Positions 18,353 through 27,325 of a stretch of DNA of 32,000 nucleotides are shown here, piece after piece (positions within the stretch are counted from its first letter, which is position 1; the number at the start of each line of letters is the position of its first letter). A model generated the notes under the pieces. It was not told the origin of the DNA. It did not search any database and worked only from the letters and a program-made list of their open reading frames with translations. Source of the stretch: an archaeon (GTDB lineage: Archaea; Iainarchaeota; Iainarchaeia; Iainarchaeales; 1-14-0-10-31-34); NCBI GenBank assembly GCA_024277355.1, contig JAJRVL010000009.1, positions 27,580 to 59,579 of the forward strand. The letters are read 5' to 3'. A program made the translations under genes and the position numbers.

Positions 18353-19495
18353 TCAATTGACAAATCCTCCTTTAAACGCTTTCTGCATCAAACAATCAAA
18401 TAAAATATTAATTTCTTCTGTTGATTGGCTTTGTTTGTATTTTAAAGTCATAAGAGAATCAAAAAACAATGAAAATTTTTTTTGTAAATCCAAAGGAGGA
18501 GTTACAATCTCAAGGTTCCTTAAAATTGTAAGATTAAGCCCGCTCCTAAAACCATCTCCTGTAATATTTCTTAGTTCGTTATATCTTGTTTTTAAATTGA
18601 CGTGCAAATATTCAGAAGTAATTTTAGAATAATCTGGAGAAATGGATGCAACGGACTGATTACTTGTGGTGTTCACTTTTAGAATTCCTGTAGTGCCCCT
18701 TGTTTTTCCTTGCCCATTTAATGCAATTACCACATCTCCTATTTTATACAATTTAGCATTAGAATTCTTTAAACCTAATTTTGTAATTTTATTAGGAACA
18801 TTAATTATGTAATCTGATTTAATATTTCCTGATTTCATCCAATTTATTGTTCCTTTTTCAAAATATTCTATAAATTTCTTATTAGGGGTTCCCCCCATAT
18901 CAAGTTTAGCAATATCTTTTAATTTTAGTTTAGGCCATTGTTTCTCATTTTTAGCAGGCCCTCCAAATATTTCATGAAAGACATTTTTTAAAATTTTATT
19001 TGTTTCTTCATTTACTTGATTTCTTTTTTCTTTCAGCTTTTCAGCTTGTTCAAGAATAGAAACAATTTGTTTTTGAATGGGCATTGGAGGAACAATTAAT
19101 TTTTTTCTTTTTAGAAACCGATAATGTCTACTATACCCTCCAGATTCAAGAGGCAAATATTTTAGTTGATAATACATAAATTTAGCGTTCAATAAATCCT
19201 TTTTAGGGAGTAAAACTTTAGTGCCATCAGCTCCAACACAGAAGCTGAAATCAGCATATTTAATTCTTTTAGTATGGTCTCCAAATATTACTACAGGATT
19301 GCCATAAGGATATAATTTACTTTTATCATCACAATACCCTGCAATCTGTTTTTCCCCTTGATCTATTATTGGAAATTTTCCTTTTTCTTTAAATTCTGAC
19401 TTTTTGATTTTTATAGCAGATGGAACGCTATCAGTCTCTAAGCAATCTTTGAATTCTTTTTCTTCCCATTTTTTTGACAATTTTTGATTATTCAT
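18353..19495 (-). CDS. hsdS: Type I restriction-modification specificity subunit; likely start 19495 (MNNQKLSKKW)
   Basis: Two target-recognition-type halves: 'KGKFPIIDQGEKQIAGYCDD...VIFGDHTKRIKYADFSFCVGADGTKVL...PPMPIQKQIVSILEQAEKLKEKR' and 'WPKLKLKDIAKLDMGGTPNKK...TPPLDLQKKFSLFFDSL'. Confidence 0.92.
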   Translation of the reverse strand: MNNQKLSKKWEEKEFKDCLETDSVPSAIKIKKSEFKEKGKFPIIDQGEKQIAGYCDDKSKLYPYGNPVVIFGDHTKRIKYADFSFCVGADGTKVLLPKKDLLNAKFMYYQLKYLPLESGGYSRHYRFLKRKKLIVPPMPIQKQIVSILEQAEKLKEKRNQVNEETNKILKNVFHEIFGGPAKNEKQWPKLKLKDIAKLDMGGTPNKKFIEYFEKGTINWMKSGNIKSDYIINVPNKITKLGLKNSNAKLYKIGDVVIALNGQGKTRGTTGILKVNTTSNQSVASISPDYSKITSEYLHVNLKTRYNELRNITGDGFRSGLNLTILRNLEIVTPPLDLQKKFSLFFDSLMTLKYKQSQSTEEINILFDCLMQKAFKGGFVN

Positions 19496-19976
19496 TATTA
19501 TTCTCCTTAAAGTTTTTTTTCTCATATTCCAGAATTGCATCTATTGTGAAAGGCATAGTAGTAGTTCTTTTCCCATATTTAGGGGAAACTGATTCTCTAT
19601 TTATTTGCTGTTGAAATCCAACTATTTGTGACTTGAATAGTTGAGCTTCTTCAAAAGGAAGATTTTTGTCTACAAATTTTTTTAAGTATTCAATGCCCTT
19701 TTCAATTTTCTCTTTTTGACTAAGTTCTTTTCCAATATTTTTTGTTTCTTCTTTCTCACAGTAATGTATATGGAACTGTTTGTGAAGAGAGTGTTCTTTT
19801 GGGTGTTTACTCTCTTCTAGTCTAATAATTGGTTTGTGATTTCTATTTTCCTGAAGTTCATCAAGAAGAATAACAAAATCCTCTTCTCCAGAATTGCTTT
19901 TTTCTATGTTAAATCGTAACTGATATTTTTTAGTAGAGGTGTTTATTACAAATTCTCTTTTATTTTTATTAATCAT
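19488..19976 (-). CDS. Uncharacterised protein (162 aa) inside the RM operon
   Basis: Intact ORF; 3' end overlaps the hsdS start in ATGAATAA; motif 'HKPIIRLEESKHPKEHSLHKQFHIHYCEKEE'. Confidence 0.7.
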   Translation of the reverse strand: MINKNKREFVINTSTKKYQLRFNIEKSNSGEEDFVILLDELQENRNHKPIIRLEESKHPKEHSLHKQFHIHYCEKEETKNIGKELSQKEKIEKGIEYLKKFVDKNLPFEEAQLFKSQIVGFQQQINRESVSPKYGKRTTTMPFTIDAILEYEKKNFKENNNE

Positions 19977-20005
19977 TTTATTATTCCCTTAAATTCTTGA
20001 AAATT

Positions 20006-20665
20006 TCATTTTTGTTCCACGCCTATAAGTTTAATATATATTTCGTTAATGTTGTAATTATCTTTTTTTTGTAATTTAAAAGATATTTGATATGGCCTAA
20101 AATTATCTCCACTAAAAAGTAAATTTAACTCATATTTTCCAGGCAATAATGTTTCAGGTATCCCTATAGGAATTGAATGGTACTTTTCAAAGTGAATTTT
20201 TTTATCCGTATTAACAGCTACTGCCACATCAATGAATTCTTGCTCTCCAATACCAATTGATAGCCTTTCCGCGTTTCGTTGATCAAGTATTAACTCTGGT
20301 CTACTGGCCCACTTTAATGGAAAGCCTTCGTAATCATTTAATACTTCACTTTCCTTAACAATGTTAAATATTTGACATCTACAGTTGATTGCAGGGTTTT
20401 TTCCATTATTTTTAACTTTCATTCTTAGAAATGTTCCTAATGGTTTTATCTCGTTAACAACTGAAGCACTCTTAAGTTTTAAATTTCCAATGGCAATATT
20501 TTCTTTTCTAAATGGAACTTTTTCTTTATACTCGAATTCAAGTTTCGGTTTTTTCCAGAATGGAAGTATAAAATCTTTCAAAAGGGCAATTAATATTGCA
20601 ACAAATGAGATTATTATTGCCCAGATTTCTATTTGAATACCAACTATTAATATTTTTTCAGCCAT
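20006..20665 (-). CDS. Uncharacterised protein with N-terminal transmembrane anchor (219 aa) inside the RM operon
   Basis: 'MAEKILIVGIQIEIWAIIISFVAILIALLKDFILPFWKK' then a soluble beta-rich-looking region 'FLRMKVKNNGKNPAINCRCQIF...LLPGKYELNLLF'; start abuts the hsdM stop. Confidence 0.72.
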   Translation of the reverse strand: MAEKILIVGIQIEIWAIIISFVAILIALLKDFILPFWKKPKLEFEYKEKVPFRKENIAIGNLKLKSASVVNEIKPLGTFLRMKVKNNGKNPAINCRCQIFNIVKESEVLNDYEGFPLKWASRPELILDQRNAERLSIGIGEQEFIDVAVAVNTDKKIHFEKYHSIPIGIPETLLPGKYELNLLFSGDNFRPYQISFKLQKKDNYNINEIYIKLIGVEQK

Positions 20666-22156
20666 CTAAACAAGCCTCTTCAATTCTTCTAATTGATTAG
20701 TTATCTCTTTTTCAAGCTTCAATACTTTTTCAATTATTTTTTTTGGTGGTTCGTATTTTATTTCTTCAAATTTAATTTCTTGATAGCGTGAAATGCTTAG
20801 ATTGTATTCATTTTCTTTTATTTTTTTGAATGGAACTTTAATACTGTTTTCTGAAACTTCTTTTGACTTAAATTTTTTTGTTATGTCTGGAATGTCTCCT
20901 TTCCCATCCTTAAATTGTCTTTTATCGTCTAAACTAAAACCATCATCTTTCATTTCATAAAACCAAACGGAATCTGTTTGGCCTCCTTTAATAAAAATTA
21001 GAACTGCTGTTCCTACTCCAGAATAAGGTTTGAATACCCCTGAAGGCATTGAAATAACTGCTTCTAACTGGCATTTTTCTAATAAAAGTTTTCTGGCTGA
21101 CTTGTGTGCATTACTGCTTCCAAACAACACTCCATTTGGAACAATTATAGCTGCTCTTCCCCCTTGTTCAAGCAAATTATAAAACAATTCAATAAACAAT
21201 AATTCTGTTTTAGTAGTTCCTACTTTGAATATATCATTAATGTCGCTTTTGTCAATTGAACCAGTAAAAGGAGGATTAGCTAACACTACATCAAATTTTT
21301 TGCTTAAATCAAAATTTTTGGATAAAGAGTCAGCGTATTTAATGTTTGGGTTTTCAATTCCATGCAAAATCATATTCATTAAAGCAATTCTAACCATTGT
21401 AGTGTCAACATCAAAACCAAAAAAAGTATTCCGCTTTAAAAAACTCCAAGCTTTCTTGTTAGTGCCAATTTTATCTCCAATCAAATTATGAGGAGTTCCA
21501 TCTTCATCATATTTAATTGAATCCTTTGAAGTATTTTTTTCTAAAATATGATAATAACAATTTATTAGAAAACCAGAAGTTCCACATGCAGGATCGCAAA
21601 CAGTTTCTCCAATTTTAGGATTAACTAACTCAACCATCATTCTAATAATATGTCTTGGAGTTCTAAACTGTCCGTTTTTTCCAGAAGTTTGAATTTCTTT
21701 CAATAAGTATTCATAAATGTCTCCTAAAGTGTCTCCATTAGCAGTTAAAGCAGAATCATATAATTCATCAATAATGCTGACTGCTTCCTGCAACAAAGAA
21801 GGTTTTGGAATAATAAAAACAGCATCCTTCATGTTTTCAGAAAAAAGAGTGTCTCCTCCTCTCCTAATATTTTTAATGAAAGGAAAAACTTTATCTCTTA
21901 CGTGTTGAATCATTTGCTCTGAACTATAATGCTTCCAATTACTCCAAAGGCAATCTTCATTTCCTTCAAACACTGACTCAAATTTTTCTTTCCTTGCAAT
22001 AGCTTGATTTTTGTGCATTTCATCCAAGTCTTCTAATCTCTTCATGAAAATTAAATAAGAAATTTGTTCAATAGCAGTCAAAGGGTTAGCTATTCCTCCA
22101 GCCCAAAATTTATCCCATAACTGGCTAATTTTAGATTTAAGTTCAGCGTTTAACAT
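20666..22156 (-). CDS. hsdM: Type I restriction-modification N6-adenine DNA methyltransferase (496 aa)
   Basis: 'GQFRTPRHIIRMMVELVNPKIGETVCDPACGTSGFL' and 'DVVLANPPFTG'. Confidence 0.97.
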   Translation of the reverse strand: MLNAELKSKISQLWDKFWAGGIANPLTAIEQISYLIFMKRLEDLDEMHKNQAIARKEKFESVFEGNEDCLWSNWKHYSSEQMIQHVRDKVFPFIKNIRRGGDTLFSENMKDAVFIIPKPSLLQEAVSIIDELYDSALTANGDTLGDIYEYLLKEIQTSGKNGQFRTPRHIIRMMVELVNPKIGETVCDPACGTSGFLINCYYHILEKNTSKDSIKYDEDGTPHNLIGDKIGTNKKAWSFLKRNTFFGFDVDTTMVRIALMNMILHGIENPNIKYADSLSKNFDLSKKFDVVLANPPFTGSIDKSDINDIFKVGTTKTELLFIELFYNLLEQGGRAAIIVPNGVLFGSSNAHKSARKLLLEKCQLEAVISMPSGVFKPYSGVGTAVLIFIKGGQTDSVWFYEMKDDGFSLDDKRQFKDGKGDIPDITKKFKSKEVSENSIKVPFKKIKENEYNLSISRYQEIKFEEIKYEPPKKIIEKVLKLEKEITNQLEELKRLV

Positions 22157-22539
22157 TATTTTTTGCCTCCTTTAATTTTCTTTATATTAGTAGGAACAAG
22201 AACAGAGTCTTTTCTTGTTTTTTTAATGTAAGAATTTCTTGTATTCAAAACAGAATTCATTTGACTTAAAAGGTTTTCAAGAAACAAAGGAGTTAACTTT
22301 TCTCCTACACTAATTTTTTCTCCGTCATCAAACTCAACACTCCAAGAAAAACAATCATTATTTTTGTCGTAAACAAATTTATTTACTCCAGCTTTATTTA
22401 ATGGAATTAATTTAGAAACATTGCTTTCAATTAAATTTTTAATAAAAAGAGAAGTAGTTATTTTTTCTTTTTCACAGTAATGCTTTAATTGAGAAAAAGT
22501 TAAGCGATCAATTTTAGAGCTAACAGTTATGTAATCCAT
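22156..22539 (-). CDS. Small protein (127 aa) with possible ribbon-helix-helix N-terminus
   Basis: 'YITVSSKIDRLTFSQLKHYCEKEKITTSLFIKNLIES' resembles RHH; TAATG stop/start overlap with hsdM. Confidence 0.65.
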   Translation of the reverse strand: MDYITVSSKIDRLTFSQLKHYCEKEKITTSLFIKNLIESNVSKLIPLNKAGVNKFVYDKNNDCFSWSVEFDDGEKISVGEKLTPLFLENLLSQMNSVLNTRNSYIKKTRKDSVLVPTNIKKIKGGKK

Positions 22540-22596
22540 GAAAGAACTTTATAAAAAACAATTTATAAATGAAACCTGTCTATTCAGGTATACCTC

Positions 22597-25410
22597 TTAT
22601 TTGCTTTTTGTAGTTTCTTTTTCCAAACCATTGCATAAAGCCACAATTTCTTTTAATTCAGAATCATTAAACAATGGCTTTGGAGCCTTTCCAATATTAG
22701 TAAAAGGTTCAGCAAACAAATCAGAATACTCAATATGATCCTTTTTAGCAAAAACCGTTTGAAGAGTTCGCATAAACAACAATTTATTTGAATTCAATTC
22801 AATCTGCTTTTCAACCATAAACTTCCTAAAAGCTTCAGCAACCATTTTTTCAGAATCAGGAAACTCATACAACCCCAAAACATTCTTAATGAATTCAACT
22901 AAAGCACCATTACTTTGACGATAAGCTTTCTGCAAAACTTCTTCAGTAATATACAATTCAGGGCTATTAAGGATTTCCTCAAGCTTAACCAAATCTTTTT
23001 CATCTAATACTTCATTTTTTTTAATTTTCTTAATTGTAGGGTGAGTTTCAGCTAACTCTTTAATTCTCTTTTCAACTAAATCCTTATACTCTTTAACATA
23101 AATTTCTTTTCCTTCAGGACCAAACTCAATTTTTTCTCTTGATTCAGCTTCAACAACATCATCCATGTCAATAACAATTGGTTCTCTTGGATTCTTTCTC
23201 TTTAACTTCATTAATTCAGCAAACGCTTCTTGTAACTTAAAAGCATCAGAAACAGAAACCTTCTCCCAAAAATCTTTTCTTTTAGCTTTATTCAAAAAAG
23301 TTTCTTTATCTTTTACTTTCTTTAAAGTAACAGGCAAACACTGCAAATCAAAACCAATTCTCTCCTGCAATCTTTCCAATTTCTTTTTATCTTTCTCTAA
23401 AACAGCTAACTTTAATTGCTCTGTCTTCAAAATAAAAGAATAAACATCATAATTAACATCAGTCTTAAACTTCATCAAAGGAGAAATTTTCTTCATTAAA
23501 AAATCAAAATGTTTTAATCCAACCTGACTCCAAAAATCTTTATGCAAAGCTTTCTCTATGTTTTCAGTATGCTCTCTAATAGAAATAGAATCCATCGGCA
23601 AAGATTTAATTTCTTTATAAATTTCACTCCTAACTATTTCAACTTCTTCCTTCATTCCGTTCTTTTCAAATAACTCCAACAAATTCAGCTTTAACTTAAA
23701 TATTTTAACTGGCAAAGCCTCACTTGCCTTTGATTCCCTTCCTTCAGGTTCAACTTTAAACCGCTTAAAATTACCCCAAAAATCCAAAATCTTAAAATAC
23801 TCTTTATTCATTTGCTTACATAAAACATTATCGCTACCACAATCAGGAGAACACTTTCTTGTACCACGACCAATCATCTGCCAAAACCTAATCTTAGAAA
23901 AAATTGGTTTAGCAAAAACAAGATTTTGAATAGGCTCAACATCCACGCCAGTAGAAAGCATATCAACAGTAATGGCAATTCTAGGCCACTTCTCATACTC
24001 AAATTCTTTCAATAATTCATCTCTTCTTTCAATCTGATAATCAATAATTTGAGCTAACTTCCCTTTATACTGGGGATAAAGTTTATTGAAAGCCTCCCAA
24101 ATTCTTTTAGCATGAACATGAGTTAAAGCAAAAACAATAGTCTTGCCAGGCAAAGTTCCAGTTTCATCATATTCAGCTTCAGCCATAAACTCTCTAACTA
24201 AAGCTTCATTAGTGCCAACAGGGGCAACCTCTTTTTCAATCTTTGAACCATCCCAATTTAAATCATCCAAAGTCAAACCTTCTTCTAACAAACGCTTTCT
24301 TTCACTTGCAGGAATATCTTCAGAAGTAATACCTTTAACTTGAAAATGAGTTTGAGCATTATAAACTTCAAATGGAATCAAATGTCCTTCTTCAACTGCT
24401 GGCCAATATTCATACAAAAAAGTTGGAACACCAAACTCACACTCAAAAAACCTAAAAGTATCTCTATCAACTAAATCAGCAGGAGTAGCTGTTAAGCCAA
24501 CTTGAATAGAATCAAAATAAGTGAAAATTTCCTTAAACTTATTAAAAATACTTCTATGGGATTCATCAGAAATAATTAAATCAAAATAACCAGGAGAAAT
24601 ACTTTGATAACAAGAAATCAAAGTCTGCAAAGTAGAAACATATAATCGAGCAGACTTATCAATTTCTCCAGAGAAAATAGTTGAGCGAGATTCCTCAGGC
24701 AAAAACTTCTTGAAACCTTTATTTAAAGCTTGATCCCTTAAAGCCCTTCTATCAGTCAAAAACAAAACCTTCTTAATCCAATGAGCCTTCAAAAGAACAT
24801 CAATCAAAGCCACAGAAGTTCGAGTTTTACCAGTGCCAGTGGCCATAACTAACAAAAACTTTTTTTTACCTTGTTCCAATCCTTCAAGAATTCTTTTAAC
24901 TGCTTCAATCTGATAAGGCCTATCAATAATATCTTGCCTAATCTCCATTACAGACAATGGTTTCTTATTTTCATTCAAAAACCTAACTTTCTCTAAATCA
25001 TCTTGAGAATAAAAACCCCTAATCTGCTTTGGAACGCCATCAACTTTATTCCAAAACCAAATTTCAACCCCGTTAGTTAAAAAAATAAAAACAGGTTTTC
25101 TAGTTTGCTTTTCAATGTCATCAGCATAATCTTGAGCTTGTTTTTGACCAACAATAGGATCTCTAGAAAATTTTTTGGCTTCAATAACTGCAAGTGGATT
25201 ATTTTGTTTATCTAAAAGAAGATAATCTGCAAATTGACTTTCTTCTTTATTATTCCAAGTATCTTTATTGATTTTATAATCTTGAACTTTAAAATTAGAT
25301 TGTTTAGTATCAACTTCTTCAATAATCATTGAATTATCAAATTTCCAACCTTGTTCTTTAAGAGCTACATCAATTTTTTCCTTTCTAGTTCTAAACTCGT
25401 TTAAATCCAT
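22597..25410 (-). CDS. hsdR: Type I restriction endonuclease subunit R (937 aa)
   Basis: Nuclease 'ADYLLLDKQNNPLAVIEAKKF'; helicase 'VMATGTGKTRTS', 'LIISDESHRS', 'VGLTATP'. Confidence 0.97.
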   Translation of the reverse strand: MDLNEFRTRKEKIDVALKEQGWKFDNSMIIEEVDTKQSNFKVQDYKINKDTWNNKEESQFADYLLLDKQNNPLAVIEAKKFSRDPIVGQKQAQDYADDIEKQTRKPVFIFLTNGVEIWFWNKVDGVPKQIRGFYSQDDLEKVRFLNENKKPLSVMEIRQDIIDRPYQIEAVKRILEGLEQGKKKFLLVMATGTGKTRTSVALIDVLLKAHWIKKVLFLTDRRALRDQALNKGFKKFLPEESRSTIFSGEIDKSARLYVSTLQTLISCYQSISPGYFDLIISDESHRSIFNKFKEIFTYFDSIQVGLTATPADLVDRDTFRFFECEFGVPTFLYEYWPAVEEGHLIPFEVYNAQTHFQVKGITSEDIPASERKRLLEEGLTLDDLNWDGSKIEKEVAPVGTNEALVREFMAEAEYDETGTLPGKTIVFALTHVHAKRIWEAFNKLYPQYKGKLAQIIDYQIERRDELLKEFEYEKWPRIAITVDMLSTGVDVEPIQNLVFAKPIFSKIRFWQMIGRGTRKCSPDCGSDNVLCKQMNKEYFKILDFWGNFKRFKVEPEGRESKASEALPVKIFKLKLNLLELFEKNGMKEEVEIVRSEIYKEIKSLPMDSISIREHTENIEKALHKDFWSQVGLKHFDFLMKKISPLMKFKTDVNYDVYSFILKTEQLKLAVLEKDKKKLERLQERIGFDLQCLPVTLKKVKDKETFLNKAKRKDFWEKVSVSDAFKLQEAFAELMKLKRKNPREPIVIDMDDVVEAESREKIEFGPEGKEIYVKEYKDLVEKRIKELAETHPTIKKIKKNEVLDEKDLVKLEEILNSPELYITEEVLQKAYRQSNGALVEFIKNVLGLYEFPDSEKMVAEAFRKFMVEKQIELNSNKLLFMRTLQTVFAKKDHIEYSDLFAEPFTNIGKAPKPLFNDSELKEIVALCNGLEKETTKSK

Positions 25411-25497
25411 GCTTTATTTTATGTTAAAACCATTATTTTATTGTTTTGCATACAAAAAATGTATATAGTTTAATGCTTAAACAAATAAAAAATAGTT

Positions 25498-25893
25498 ATG
25501 GATTACCTGAAGAGAAAAAATATTCCTGCAAAAATACAACTTGAAGTTTGGAATAGAGATAACTGGCATTGCCGTTACTGTGACAAACCAATTTTTTATA
25601 CTCTTTCATTAAAAATTCTTGATAAAATAAATCCAAAACATTCTTACTTTCATCCAAACGGTAAAACTGGAGAAATACTGCCTTTATTTATTTATTCTTG
25701 GGCAAGTGTTGACCATGTTAAACCATTCTCAAAACAAGGATCTGACGAAAAAGAGAACTATGTTTCTGCCTGTTGGGAATGCAATATGAAATATGGAAAC
25801 ATGGAAGTTGGACAAGGAAAGCCAGAACCAAAAGGAATAATTGAGAGTAATTGGGATGGGTTTTATGGATTGTATTTTAAATTGAAAAAATAA
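25498..25893 (+). CDS. HNH endonuclease-like protein (131 aa)
   Basis: 'VWNRDNWHCRYCDKPI', 'SVDHVKPFSKQGSDEKENYVSACWECNMKYGN'. Confidence 0.8.
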   Translation: MDYLKRKNIPAKIQLEVWNRDNWHCRYCDKPIFYTLSLKILDKINPKHSYFHPNGKTGEILPLFIYSWASVDHVKPFSKQGSDEKENYVSACWECNMKYGNMEVGQGKPEPKGIIESNWDGFYGLYFKLKK

Positions 25894-25925
25894 ATTTATT
25901 GATAATAAAGAAATCTTAAAATATG

Positions 25926-27140
25926 CTAAAAAACATTTTTGAAAATCTTAATATTCTCTCTATTTTTCAATATGATTTTTATTAAAGTTTTCATTTCTAA
26001 CCTTGTTTTTTCCTCTTTTTCTTCATAATGCAAAAACAATCTCTGAGTTTCTTTTTTATTAAAAGGATTGATTTGAGTTTTAGTTTTGCATAAAACCTCT
26101 TTTTTGTTGTATGCGATTATTCTATTGCCTATGATTTCGTCTTTAACATAATATATGGGAATTTCTTTCTTATTTAATTCCAACACAAACATGTTTTTTT
26201 CATTACTCCAATTTACTAAATAATCTTTAGCTCTTTCTATTATTCCATTTTTTACAACGTTTGATGTTAAAATTACTATGTTTTCTTCATTTGCCTCTGT
26301 CTTTAGAAGCCTTTTTAAGTAGTCTAAAAAATCTTTTGCTTTCATTTTGTTTTTATAATCAGATGCTTTGATGTCTTTAATTATGCTTTGAGTCAAATAT
26401 TCTATTTCTCCTCTTGCAATAAAGAACCCATCACTATCTAAACCAACAAGAGTTGGTTCAGAAGGGTCAAAAAATTCAGCATCTATCTTAATTGCTTTTC
26501 CAATTTGCGTGAATTCGCCGTCTGTTTCTTTAACTAAAGAATGAGTGGTTATTTTTGGCAAAATTTCAGATTCTTTAAATCTATAGTTTATAGCTCTAAG
26601 ATTTTTTTCTATGACTAATTCTCTTTTCAAGCTCTTTGACTCTATATCTATATAATTTATTCCTAAATCTGTAATAGTGTAAGTATTTTGAAACATATTT
26701 TTTGAAATGTATCCTTGTCTTCTAAGTTTATCAATCGTTGGCATAATATCTACCTTCTTAATTTTCAAGTTTGGAAATAATTTTTTTAAATCTAGTTGGA
26801 AACCAGTTAATCCTTTACTATTTCTTAAAAATATTTTTAATATTTCTAATTCTACCTCTTTTAGTTCACTTCCTTCTGACTCAACATTCCAACCCATTTT
26901 TTCTTCAATTGCAGTAAGCTTGGAATTCAAATATAGAAACACTATAATCTCTATGAAAAAAATAATCTCAATAATGATTGGAATTTTTTCTTTAAATGTA
27001 GGATCTTCATTGTTTGGGACATAACCAAAGTAATACCCTACTAAAGATAGAATAATGGCGGATAATAATCCAATTGCAAGTTGTAAGATTGAAATAAATC
27101 TTTTATGTCTTAGTTCTCCTGCTTTAATTTTAGTTTCCAT
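25926..27140 (-). CDS. Membrane-anchored winged-helix protein; ATG start at 27140 (ORF track uses TTG at 27149)
   Basis: Two N-terminal hydrophobic helices ('FISILQLAIGLLSAIILSLVGYYFGYV', 'IPIIIEIIFFIEIIVFLYL') then 'VELEILKIFLRNSKGLTGFQLDLKKLF...IMPTIDKLRRQGYI'. Confidence 0.7.
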   Translation of the reverse strand: METKIKAGELRHKRFISILQLAIGLLSAIILSLVGYYFGYVPNNEDPTFKEKIPIIIEIIFFIEIIVFLYLNSKLTAIEEKMGWNVESEGSELKEVELEILKIFLRNSKGLTGFQLDLKKLFPNLKIKKVDIMPTIDKLRRQGYISKNMFQNTYTITDLGINYIDIESKSLKRELVIEKNLRAINYRFKESEILPKITTHSLVKETDGEFTQIGKAIKIDAEFFDPSEPTLVGLDSDGFFIARGEIEYLTQSIIKDIKASDYKNKMKAKDFLDYLKRLLKTEANEENIVILTSNVVKNGIIERAKDYLVNWSNEKNMFVLELNKKEIPIYYVKDEIIGNRIIAYNKKEVLCKTKTQINPFNKKETQRLFLHYEEKEEKTRLEMKTLIKIILKNRENIKIFKNVF

Positions 27141-27145
27141 ATTTC

Positions 27146-27325
27146 TCAACTATAAAATAAATTAACTGCAAATCCAATTAGCATTATAATTAATCCGTAA
27201 AGACCGTATCCGTTGAAATTTGTTAAAAATATTATCCCTCCTCCGAGAACTAATATAAAACCTAAACTTCTAGAATCAGCTTTTGAAATTCCAAGGAGCC
27301 CCCTGCCTATTCCAAATAAACTCAT
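27146..27325 (-). CDS. Small membrane protein (59 aa) MSLFGIGRGLLGISKADSRSLGFILVLGGGIIFLTNFNGYGLYGLIIMLIGFAVNLFYS
   Basis: Minus-strand ORF below the track threshold; two hydrophobic segments; ends 5 nt before the ATG of the next gene. Confidence 0.6.
   Translation of the reverse strand: MSLFGIGRGLLGISKADSRSLGFILVLGGGIIFLTNFNGYGLYGLIIMLIGFAVNLFYS

Noticed and set aside
9671-24343. Short antisense ORFs (e.g. 9671-9853, 10380-10577, 11186-11443, 11849-12076, 13069-13275, 13528-13716, 16839-17030, 17730-17918, 18357-18632, 20385-20636, 21225-21491, 21717-21908, 22538-22738, 23165-23443, 24143-24343)
   Set aside because: Antisense to well-supported genes, with the typical Phe/Ser/Leu-rich composition of complements of AT-rich coding DNA.
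13881-25410. BREX, DISARM, Ssp or Dnd system
   Set aside because: DUF262 resembles SspE, but no PglZ/BrxL, DrmAB, SspBCD or DndBCDE proteins are recognisable; the MTase, R and S subunits are classical Type I.
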